Assembly: GCA_964344305.1 (NCBI GenBank)
Contig: CAYFMT010000003.1
Span: 71,790 to 135,789, forward strand
DNA length: 64,000 bases
Reading direction: 5' to 3'
Origin: an uncultured bacterium
GTDB lineage: Bacteria > Fidelibacterota > Marinisomatia > Marinisomatales > JABMOV01
Position 1 is the first letter of the stretch; each line of letters opens with the position of its first letter. Shown here piece by piece: positions 37,701-47,300 of the stretch. A program made the translations under genes and the position numbers. The notes below the pieces were generated by a model that had not been told where the DNA came from, ran no database searches, and was given only the letters and a program-made list of their open reading frames with translations.

Positions 37701-39395
37701 TCAGTTTCCTACTTCATCAATCTGGGATGGGCTCATGAATTGATTAGCGTATTCCAGATAGATCTTCTTATCCACAAAAACATCAAACAAATCCGGATCA
37801 ATATGGGCATCATTTCGCATGAATCCAAGAATCCGCATGGCCTGGCTTAATGTCTTGCCCTTTTTATATGGACGATCCGCCGCCGTTAATGCTTCGAATA
37901 TATCTGCAATAGCCATGATCCTGGCCTGGACAGACATTTCATCTCTTGTGAGACCCATAGGATACCCCGTACCATCCAGTTTTTCGTGGTGACCTCCGGC
38001 ATATTCCGGTACACGTTGCAAATGTTTGGGATATGGAAGCTCATTCAACATATTGATGGTCTGAACAATATGGTCATTGATGACTTTGCGTTCTTCATGT
38101 GTCAAGGTCCCGCGCGCAATATGAAGATTGTATAACTCATTCTCATCGAGGATTGGTTTGTTTATTCCATTATCCTTCCATGTATACGAGGTGGCAATCT
38201 TAGTAACCCTGTCCTTAAGCTCCTGACTCATAAATTCACCACCCACATTGCATTCTGCAATGAAGTCAAAATCTTCCCTGATTTTCTGGATGGATTTTTT
38301 GAGATTTTTCCGAATGGTTCGAATACGTTTCTTTGTATCATCATCAGATAAGGAATCATCTCGTTCTGCCTTGAGTTGTGCTTTCAGGGCGCGAACTTCA
38401 GCATCCCTGACCAATACTTCAAAACGTACTTTAACCGTATCAATTCTATCGTATATCGTTTCCAGTTTTGTGGATTTATCCACCACATACTCCGGTGTAG
38501 TCACTTTTCCACAATCATGAAGCCATGCTGCAATCTTTAGTTCATACATTTCTTCTTCGGTAAAGCTTATATCTGCCATAGGACCATCATCCATGTTGTG
38601 CACGGCTTCTGCGAGCATAAGTGTTATGGCTGGAACTCGCTCACAATGACCACCTGTATATGGTGATTTTGCGTCAATAGCCGATGCAATCAATTTGATG
38701 AATGACTCGAATAAAACTTCAAGGTCCTTAATAAGGTTTTTATTCGTGATCACCACGGCAGCCTGACCCGCAAGACCTTCAACCAGTTTTTGAACCTCTT
38801 TTGAAAAAGATATAGTTTCTCCAGAACCAGAATCAGTCGCATTAAGCAATTGCAATACACCTATGATTTCGTCCTGGTGGTTTTTCAAAGGCACTGTTAA
38901 AAATGATTTAGATCTATAACCTGTTTTTTCATCGAATGACTTCGTCCCGCTAAAATCAAATCCTTCCACCTCGTAGGCATCTTCAATATTGACGGTTTCA
39001 CCTGTCAGACCAACATAAGCAGCATTCATGGATGTATTGGGCTTTCCATCTTCACCATAGAGACGAACAGGGTAAAACGGAATATCCTTTCCAGATGTGC
39101 CTCCCATATGGAAATTGAGTGAGTCAGTCATCATAATCTCGAATTTCAGCCGCTGGTCATCCGTCATCATATACAGGGTGCCACCATCCGCATTGGTGAT
39201 ACGCTTTGCTTCCAACAGAATCATTTCCAGCAATCGATCCATGTTTTTTTCTTTTGTTAAAGACAGACCGATCTCAGATAATCGGTTGATTTGTGAGTTC
39301 AGATACTGAATGTATTTGCGCAGGTTCTCCGGAGCCTTATCAAGGGCCGCTGAAATTTCTTCCGGAGACAAATGAAAATGGGAATTGTTCTTCAT
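37701..39395 (-). CDS. GAF-domain / HD-GYP-domain protein (putative c-di-GMP phosphodiesterase)
   Basis: 564 aa. GAF-like N-half (LLEMILLEAKRITNADGGTLYMM..). HD (AAWLHDCGKV) and HHEKLDGTGYP motifs. Confidence 0.85.
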   Translation of the reverse strand: MKNNSHFHLSPEEISAALDKAPENLRKYIQYLNSQINRLSEIGLSLTKEKNMDRLLEMILLEAKRITNADGGTLYMMTDDQRLKFEIMMTDSLNFHMGGTSGKDIPFYPVRLYGEDGKPNTSMNAAYVGLTGETVNIEDAYEVEGFDFSGTKSFDEKTGYRSKSFLTVPLKNHQDEIIGVLQLLNATDSGSGETISFSKEVQKLVEGLAGQAAVVITNKNLIKDLEVLFESFIKLIASAIDAKSPYTGGHCERVPAITLMLAEAVHNMDDGPMADISFTEEEMYELKIAAWLHDCGKVTTPEYVVDKSTKLETIYDRIDTVKVRFEVLVRDAEVRALKAQLKAERDDSLSDDDTKKRIRTIRKNLKKSIQKIREDFDFIAECNVGGEFMSQELKDRVTKIATSYTWKDNGINKPILDENELYNLHIARGTLTHEERKVINDHIVQTINMLNELPYPKHLQRVPEYAGGHHEKLDGTGYPMGLTRDEMSVQARIMAIADIFEALTAADRPYKKGKTLSQAMRILGFMRNDAHIDPDLFDVFVDKKIYLEYANQFMSPSQIDEVGN

Positions 39396-39528
39396 ATCAA
39401 TCTAGACCTTACTTGGATGAAATCTAGTAAGAGTTTTTCCCATTCTCAACAGATTGAACACTTGTTTTCTATGTGGATTCTTGGAAGTGGGAACGGATAC
39501 TATAATAAAAACCTTCCTATATTTTCAC

Positions 39529-42500
39529 ATGGAAAAACAGGCGCTACAGCAGATTAACCAATTCATTAAATCCGCTGAGAAAAATCAAATAATTCCTGCC
39601 GTCAGTCTTCTAGACATGGGTCAAATGCTTCTTGATCAGGAATCGGATATAGTTATCATCCATTCTTTTCTGGAACTGGGTCATTTTTCCATCATCAACC
39701 AGATATTTGCAGATTCACCTTACTTGAATGAATGGCTCGACCTCCTGGTGAAACTCATAAAAAAATCCGGTTACCATATAGGGTTCTGCCTGCAACAGCG
39801 TGTGGAGCGGTACGGGGACAAGCCACTATTTCTTCTGCCTCATGGCAGGGATGTGACACCTGTAACGTATTCAGATGCCTGGTCACAGATAGGCAGGATT
39901 GGATCATCCATCCATGCTATTTCAGTGAATGAATCAAGACCGGTGATTGGTATTTTTACACCGAATTCTCATCATGGTGCTATGGTGGATCTGGCATGTC
40001 TCAGTTTTGGTTTTCGCATCATTCCTATCCCGGCAAACGTGCCCCTGGAATACCTGAAATTCATCATCGAACATGGTGGGGTTACCCACATGTTTGCCGG
40101 AGGATCGACTCAGGTGAATCTTGTGTTTCAGTTACAAAAAATTGGACAATTGCCACACACCATTTTTTTACCAGGGGTAGAGGAGACTGAATCTGAAATT
40201 TTAAGCTGGGAGACTTTTCTGTCAGTATCCCCTGAAAATCTGTTTGATGCTCCGGTGCCATCGGATATGGATGAAACAGTATCGATTATGTATACCTCGG
40301 GAACAACAGCCAATCCAAAGGGGATCATCTTTGATCATACAAATATTATGTCTAAACGATTTGCCCGAGCCCTGGCCCTGCCAAAAATATCCAGTGATGA
40401 TACTTATCTATCGTATTTACCCCTGTTTCATACATTCGGGCGATTTCTTGAATTGACAGGTGCCATTTTCTGGGGAGCAACGTATACATTCGCTGAGTCC
40501 CCATCTTTCAAATCCCTTGTAAAGGATTTTTCTTTAGTTAAACCATCCATTTTTATCAGTATCCCAAAACGATGGCAACAGATTTATGATACTGTCATGG
40601 AATCCAATAATAATGCAACAACTTCAAAAGAGGATCTGAGAAAGTTTCTTCAAAAAACCACGGGGAAACATTTGAAGTGGGGATTGTCTGCTGCAGGGTA
40701 TCTTGACCCCGTTGTATTTACCTTTTTTCAAGATCATGGAATTCAATTGCTCAGTGGATACGGAATGACCGAAGCCACAGGTGGTATCCTTATGACACCA
40801 CCTGGAGATTATGTGCAGGATTCTGTGGGTAAGCCATTGCCTGGTATTGAAGCAAAGCTCGGCGAGGAAAATGAACTATTGATTGAAGGGCCGTACGTAT
40901 CCAAGGGATATTATCCAAAGTCTCCTGAGGGTACCTTCGTCGATGGCTGGTTCCGAACCGGTGATGTTTTTAGAGAAAAAAAGGGTCATTTCTATATCAT
41001 CGACCGAATAAAGGAGATATATAAGAATAGCCGCGGCCAGACCATCTCCCCTCAAAAAATTGAAAATATGTTCAAGGATTTTGATGCAGTAAAATCAGCA
41101 TTTCTGGTAGGGGATGGCCTCGAGTACAATACAGTGCTGATATATCCTGCCACGGATCAGATACCCAATGAGATTAATAGGGATGATCGTGACGCAATTC
41201 ACGAATACTTTAATACACTAGTACAATCCGTTAACAGCTTTCTACCATCCTATGAACGGGTGGTGAGTTACATAATCATTGAAAGAGATTTTTCAGCCGA
41301 AAAAGGAGAATTGACACCTAAAAACACCTATAAACGGAAAATTATCCTGTCTCATTTTTCCAGAGAGATTGAATCCATGTACAGGAAGGAGTATTCAGTC
41401 CTGTCCCATGAGCAGTGCGAAATCAGGTTCCCAAACTGGTTACTGAGAGAAAAAGGAATGCTGCGAACAGATTATGTCTGGGACGGAAAAACAATCTCAT
41501 GCGAAAAAACAAAAGAATCTCTTCATCTGGAATTCGATGAAAAAACCATACAGATTGGTGACTATATCTATGAGATATCCTACCCTGTGCTGGACCTGGA
41601 TACGTTTATTCGATTACCACAACTTTGGTTGGGAAACGGTCCATTTACTGAATTTGTTGGATCTTCGGTTTTTCGCATACATAAATCAGACAGGTCCACC
41701 AATGTTATCCTTATCGAGGAATCCATCTTCAATCAACAGGTTCAATCAATTACCCTGTCCCCTGCGTTTAAGACAGATGTTCGGAAGGATCGGTTTACAC
41801 TGGAAAATTTTCATATCTCAGCAAAAGTACTGCATCAGAAGCGTAGTGTTGACAACTCAACAGCCATGAATCATCTATCCCGGGCTATTCAGCTGGAAAC
41901 AGGACAGATGCAGCAAATTGCGAAAAATGTACTGCTAAGAATGCGATATCATCCTTCACCCAGATTGAGATTACGGGCTATTGAACAATTATTATCTAGT
42001 CTATCAGGAAATGAATTCATAAATCTATTCCTGGAAACTCATGATTTTGCATTCAATCTGGATTTAACTGACGAACTTGATATCGATGCCCGACTGCTCA
42101 CCAATAGTCATTTTCAGGCAATCCTATCTTACTTGAAGTATATGCGCTTCAATATCCATGAATTTGATGGAAAAGGATTGTCAATGGCCAGTGTGCTATT
42201 AGGATGTCTTGTACAATACTGTACGGACCATCCCGCTTCTTATATTTTTGCTCGGTCAGAGATAAACTGGTGGAAAATGTTATCTCCTGAGGAAAATATC
42301 CGATTACATGCCCGTAAAATGGAATATCAACTGACCCACGATTTAAGAAACTGGATAGGTGATAATACTCATATTGCAATCGATATGGACACCGGACGCG
42401 AGTATAACTGGTCCGATGTACTGGCATTCGACTCTACCGTTGAAGAGAAACACAGGGAGGTACTGACAAAGGTCTTCGTTGAAACATCCATCGTGAAAGA

Positions 42501-44136
42501 AACCATTTTTCTCATAACCAAAAGGCAATTGGTTCAACTCAATGATATTCCACAAAACGGTATCTGGATATCTCTGTTGGGACAGCGTCATGGTAAAAGT
42601 GTATTTCGTGTTCTAGTCCAGACCCGCTCTCAAAAGGCATTCAATTTTGTCATCAACTATAACGAACATTTGGATACATCATTTTTCGAAGACGAAATCC
42701 AGTGGCTTCTTGTGATGGGTTCAGATGAAAAAGGACGGAAACTTGTTGAAAAGTTTGGGGGTTACTGGTCCGAATATTCACTATATACTGAAGAATATAT
42801 CCCTGGTGAAACGCTCCACCAATACCTGGATCGACACCGAGATGAGATTGGCAAGAAACAGGCAATAGATAGATGGCAAATGCGCTGGCTTCACTTTATA
42901 TGGAATGGATGCATGGCCTACATTGATTTCTGGTACAGAACCGGGTATACACTTGGAATTCAATCTCCATCACCAAAGAATTTGATCATTCCTGAATATG
43001 ATTATACTTCAGGCACCCGCCTTATTTCAATTTCCGGCAGGGATGCCCAGACGGATATCACCTCCCTGTTATTTGGTTTGTACGAACAGTTTATTCTTGA
43101 AACGGAATCTGAGTTTACCGGGCTTGAACATATGTCTGACTGGGAAGTGATCTTTACAGCACTTATTCAAGTCATATCTGTTAAATCCGGATTGATGTTG
43201 CTGAATGAATTCAAACAGGATATTGAAAAAGATAAATGGAAAATCAGAGCCAAAAGTCATGGCTTAAACTCAAATAGAATATCACGGTATATTTCAGATA
43301 TCGATGATTTTGGAGTATTGACAAAGCAGGTGACATTTGCTGCCCTAAGGTTTAATCGATGGATGGAGCTAAATCAGGAAGCTACCAAGGAAGCTCGTGG
43401 AACCGTACTCCTGGATTTATACAAGGATTATCATTTAAGGGATCTCATTGATGATTACCCTGAAACCAGAATTCGCTTCTTCCTGTTGACATGCTTCAAG
43501 AATGCAAGCTCAATGCTTACCAATAAACTTTTACGATTGCAGAAGGATGTGAGGGCAAGGAGAATTTCTTTGGAGGACCTGGATTTTCAAATTCAAGGTT
43601 TGATTGAAACCATGGACCTGTCTGAAGAGGATGAATACTTCCTGACACGCCTGTTGTTTGAGCATGTTCAGGCGTCGGATTTTGGGAAACTCGTAACATG
43701 GGACACGGGACATCAAGGTCATTTAGATCTTATCAGTATTGTAGAGGATTCAATGTCAAACCGATACAGAATTCGACCTGCTTTCCATCCGAAAGAAATT
43801 GCTGCTTTTTATGGTATTCTATCTAAAGCAAATATGAAGACATCTTTTCATCAGAAACACCAATTCCTCCTGCTGATTACCTCATCGGACCACATCATAG
43901 GAGGTATTTACTGGAAGGATGCAGGAAATAAAACGGCTTATCTTGAACGTATTGTTATTTCCTATGAGTACAGGAAGAAGAATTTAAGTACCACATTGCT
44001 GAGTGAATTTTTCCAGCGACTTATTCACCTGAATTTTCAGCATGTTACAGTTGGATATTTCCAGGCAGGTCTATTTTATAAGCATGGATTTTCTATAGAT
44101 AAACAATTTGGCGGACTTGTAAAACACTTGAAATAA
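39529..44136 (+). CDS. Giant fusion protein: AMP-forming long-chain acyl-CoA synthetase domain + ~750-aa unknown region (possible kinase-like fold) + C-terminal GNAT-like acyltransferase
   Basis: The track ORF starts at TTG 39454; the first ATG is 39529 (MEKQALQQ). ACSL motifs MYTSGTTANPKG, SGYGMTEATGG, GWFRTGDV, IIDRIKEIYK, ELTPKNTYKRK. C-terminal IIGGIYWKD..AYLERIVISYEYRKKNLSTTLLSEFFQRL..HGF is GNAT-like. One uninterrupted frame. Confidence 0.75.
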   Translation: MEKQALQQINQFIKSAEKNQIIPAVSLLDMGQMLLDQESDIVIIHSFLELGHFSIINQIFADSPYLNEWLDLLVKLIKKSGYHIGFCLQQRVERYGDKPLFLLPHGRDVTPVTYSDAWSQIGRIGSSIHAISVNESRPVIGIFTPNSHHGAMVDLACLSFGFRIIPIPANVPLEYLKFIIEHGGVTHMFAGGSTQVNLVFQLQKIGQLPHTIFLPGVEETESEILSWETFLSVSPENLFDAPVPSDMDETVSIMYTSGTTANPKGIIFDHTNIMSKRFARALALPKISSDDTYLSYLPLFHTFGRFLELTGAIFWGATYTFAESPSFKSLVKDFSLVKPSIFISIPKRWQQIYDTVMESNNNATTSKEDLRKFLQKTTGKHLKWGLSAAGYLDPVVFTFFQDHGIQLLSGYGMTEATGGILMTPPGDYVQDSVGKPLPGIEAKLGEENELLIEGPYVSKGYYPKSPEGTFVDGWFRTGDVFREKKGHFYIIDRIKEIYKNSRGQTISPQKIENMFKDFDAVKSAFLVGDGLEYNTVLIYPATDQIPNEINRDDRDAIHEYFNTLVQSVNSFLPSYERVVSYIIIERDFSAEKGELTPKNTYKRKIILSHFSREIESMYRKEYSVLSHEQCEIRFPNWLLREKGMLRTDYVWDGKTISCEKTKESLHLEFDEKTIQIGDYIYEISYPVLDLDTFIRLPQLWLGNGPFTEFVGSSVFRIHKSDRSTNVILIEESIFNQQVQSITLSPAFKTDVRKDRFTLENFHISAKVLHQKRSVDNSTAMNHLSRAIQLETGQMQQIAKNVLLRMRYHPSPRLRLRAIEQLLSSLSGNEFINLFLETHDFAFNLDLTDELDIDARLLTNSHFQAILSYLKYMRFNIHEFDGKGLSMASVLLGCLVQYCTDHPASYIFARSEINWWKMLSPEENIRLHARKMEYQLTHDLRNWIGDNTHIAIDMDTGREYNWSDVLAFDSTVEEKHREVLTKVFVETSIVKETIFLITKRQLVQLNDIPQNGIWISLLGQRHGKSVFRVLVQTRSQKAFNFVINYNEHLDTSFFEDEIQWLLVMGSDEKGRKLVEKFGGYWSEYSLYTEEYIPGETLHQYLDRHRDEIGKKQAIDRWQMRWLHFIWNGCMAYIDFWYRTGYTLGIQSPSPKNLIIPEYDYTSGTRLISISGRDAQTDITSLLFGLYEQFILETESEFTGLEHMSDWEVIFTALIQVISVKSGLMLLNEFKQDIEKDKWKIRAKSHGLNSNRISRYISDIDDFGVLTKQVTFAALRFNRWMELNQEATKEARGTVLLDLYKDYHLRDLIDDYPETRIRFFLLTCFKNASSMLTNKLLRLQKDVRARRISLEDLDFQIQGLIETMDLSEEDEYFLTRLLFEHVQASDFGKLVTWDTGHQGHLDLISIVEDSMSNRYRIRPAFHPKEIAAFYGILSKANMKTSFHQKHQFLLLITSSDHIIGGIYWKDAGNKTAYLERIVISYEYRKKNLSTTLLSEFFQRLIHLNFQHVTVGYFQAGLFYKHGFSIDKQFGGLVKHLK

Positions 44137-44141
44137 ATCAG

Positions 44142-44224
44142 TACCGGGAAAGGGACTCGAACCCTCACATCCAAAGGATACCAGATCCTAAATCTGGCGC
44201 GTCTACCAATTCCGCCATCCCGGT
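44142..44224 (-). tRNA. tRNA-Leu (anticodon UAG), class II with long variable arm; CCA not encoded
   Basis: The reverse complement reads ACCGGGA TG GCGGAATTGGTAGACGCG CCAGA-TTTAGGA-TCTGG TATCCTTTGGATGT GAGGGTTCGAGTCCCTT TCCCGGT A. Acceptor stem is 7/7 paired, the anticodon loop is TT-TAG-GA, and the D-arm is near-identical to the E. coli tRNA-Leu pattern. Confidence 0.9.
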
Positions 44225-44265
44225 AGTAATAAAACGGGTGAAATTACATGTTCACGATATTGCGC

Positions 44266-44300
44266 AAAATAAAAAAGGGCATCACATGGATGCCCTTTTT
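44266..44300 (-). terminator. Rho-independent terminator of the 44322..47663 gene
   Basis: GGGCATC (44277-44283) / GATGCCC (44289-44295) with a 5-nt loop, extended by A/T pairs. On the minus strand the stem is followed by TTTTTTATTTT. Confidence 0.85.
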
Positions 44301-44321
44301 CGTAATCATTTCTATATACGA

Positions 44322-47300
44322 TTATTTGATGTAAAGCATTTTCTTGGTGCTAGTGAATTGACCAGCTTTGATCTGGTAAAGATATACACCGGCACTTACT
44401 TCACGTCCATAATCATCTGTTGCATCCCATTTAACATATCGGTGTCCGGCATCCTGTGATTCATTCACAAGTGTACGTACCTGACGTCCCATAAGGTCAA
44501 ACACTGATATGGAAACAGTCGCTTTTTCTTTTAAGTCATATTGAATCAATGTGGTTGGGTTGAACGGATTTGGATAGTTTTGATGCAATGCGAATTCTTC
44601 TGGAATTACCGTCATATCATTGTCATCCACGCCAACGCCACCAGTTTCCATAATACCGTATCCTACTTTCCAGGAGAATAATGGTTGGACATTGATATCA
44701 GCAGCACTGACCATATCAAAGTACATCAGTACATTGTCATCACCAGCTACCTGTCCCTGAACAGAAAGAATTGATCCATCACCTGGAACAATACCAGTGG
44801 AAAATTCATATCCAAGTGCTCCGAATGAACCATCTTCCTGTTCCCCGGAACTTCCATCCATGGTTCCACTTGCAAAACGACCTGTCGGTGTCATGCTAAG
44901 GACTGTGTAATTCATAGGAACATCCAGCATGCGCACATCAAAAACAAACACAGGTACAGTGTTATCCAATGCTACATCAAATGTAACCACATTGTTTTCG
45001 TCTGGAGCAGTTACATTTTCTATTGAGAATAATGCTTCCGGTGTTCCAGCATAGAGATGTGATTCCACCACTTCTGTGTGCATTGGGAGATAGTTGATAT
45101 CAGATACGACCAATTCATTGATATTTGGCAGAAGCTGAATTTCTGTTCCAGGAGGAGTATCTCCATTAATCAATAGCGTGATATCAGCCAATTTTCCAGT
45201 TCCTGCTGGAATCGGGTTCTGCAATGTATTATCAAACATGATTAACCTGACCTCACCATCAACAAAGGACAATGAAGTAGTCCAGGAAGAGAAGTCAATA
45301 TAGTCTGTTGGTGTGAGGAAGTAAGGTGTGATATGATTGGGTGTACCTGAGAAGAACACCTGAATGCCATAAATATCCTGGGTTGAACTCAGAACAAATG
45401 GTACATCAATTAACGCCCCTGGATCACCAATTCCATGACCAAAGAACAATGTCTGTGTTTCGATGGTAACGTGGAATTCACCAGCTTCAGATGTCCATGG
45501 CATTTCATTGTTGCTTAAATCAAGAACACTGGCGGTTGTGAAATCAACAGTTGCAATTCCTTCTTCGTCGCTGAATCCGCGAACGATAATCTGACAGATG
45601 GATCCATCACCAGCTGCGAGGGATGTTCCAAGGCTTATACCTGTGATAGCCATGTCTCCACTTGGAAGGTCCACAACGTCCAAACTCCATGTTGAGGTCC
45701 GACCAGTTGATAAAATGGCTTCTGCAATGAAATAGTCAGGAATATCAGAAATTTCAAAATAGAAGAAGCTTATTTCTGTTTCATTTTCCAGGTAGATATC
45801 CAGTGTATCCGTGAACCCAGATAATGCGGCCCCATCACTGATAGATAATTCGATCCATTCCAGAGGTGTTGCCATCACTTCGTTTGAAGGTCCTGACTCA
45901 CCACCAGGTGTGTACTCAGCTGTGACATAATAGTAATAATCAACACTATTGGAAACATCCGTGTCAAGGTAATCTGTAACATCTGGTCCAAATGTATTCA
46001 GCAGTGAGAAACTCTGGTTATTCCCAGCTGAGCGATACAGGTTAAATCCAGATAATTCCCTGCTGGCATTTTCTGGTTCAGGTGAGATTGGATTTTCCCA
46101 ATCCACTTTCATTTCGTAACTGATACCATTTGGATACTGATCCACTACATCAGCCTTATCAGCTGTAATGACCCATTGACCTAATTCATTGAAATCGAAA
46201 TGAACGACACGATCAATCTGCGCACCGGAGAAGTTCATGGAAATATCATCCACTGCCCATCCGGACGACCAGCCGCCATTATCGTTTGAATGGAATGCCA
46301 CGTAGAGTTGAGGTGTACCGGCATACCCGGATAAATCAACAGTTTCATTCACCCATTCAGCAGACGCAGTAATCGAAGCGACTTCTGTGAAATTGTTACC
46401 ATCTGTGCTGACTTCGATATGGGCAGTCTGTCCATATGCGCCATCAAAATACGATTCAAAGTTTAATGTAATCATCTGTGCACCACCGGCATTAATGGAT
46501 GGTGTAATCAGGTAGTCAACTGAACCATCATCATCAGCAGCATCGTCGTTGGAACACGCGTAAAGAGTATGAGGTGGTATTGTCCACCAATCACTGGAAC
46601 CATCAGCCGTCACAAACCAGCCAATGGCTGAGTTTGTTGTCATAGTCCAACTGTCTGGTATAACACCTGCTTCAAAATCTTCTCCAAAACTTTCTGGGAT
46701 AGGTCCATAAGGCGCATCCCACATTAATGGGATTTGGGCATCCAGACCGGACACTGCCTCCAGGTTATGTGGTTCTTCAATGTATCCAGGAGTCACATGT
46801 ACTACACCGGAATCTGCTGCAGCAATCCAGTAGGATCCACCAATTCCATCAACAGCAACAGGTTCAAAAATTTCAACATTCACATAGCCTTCAAACGCGT
46901 TGTAATGAACTTCAAAATCAAGGGTAAGAACGGCACCAGTACCAACGGCGATATCCGTATTATTGGTATTATAGACAAGAATTCTTGTGCCAGTGGCCAC
47001 TTCTGATGTTTCCACAGTAAACCCATCGGTTCTCGTGGTCGTTGCTGCAGATAAGAAGTCCAGATCATTCGGAAAATCTTTTACATCAAGTTGAAACCCA
47101 CCAACGGGACCATCATTTTCCATATCCAGGGCGATAGTGACGGTTTCAAGAACATCAGCTTCCGCATCTCCTAAATCAAATGATACAACTTCACCAATCT
47201 GTACGCCGCCAGCAGAGCCGGAAGATGCGAGGAGGGATCCACTACCGTCACTGACAACTAGACCAGAAATAGACATATCAATTACAGCGGAAAGGACATC

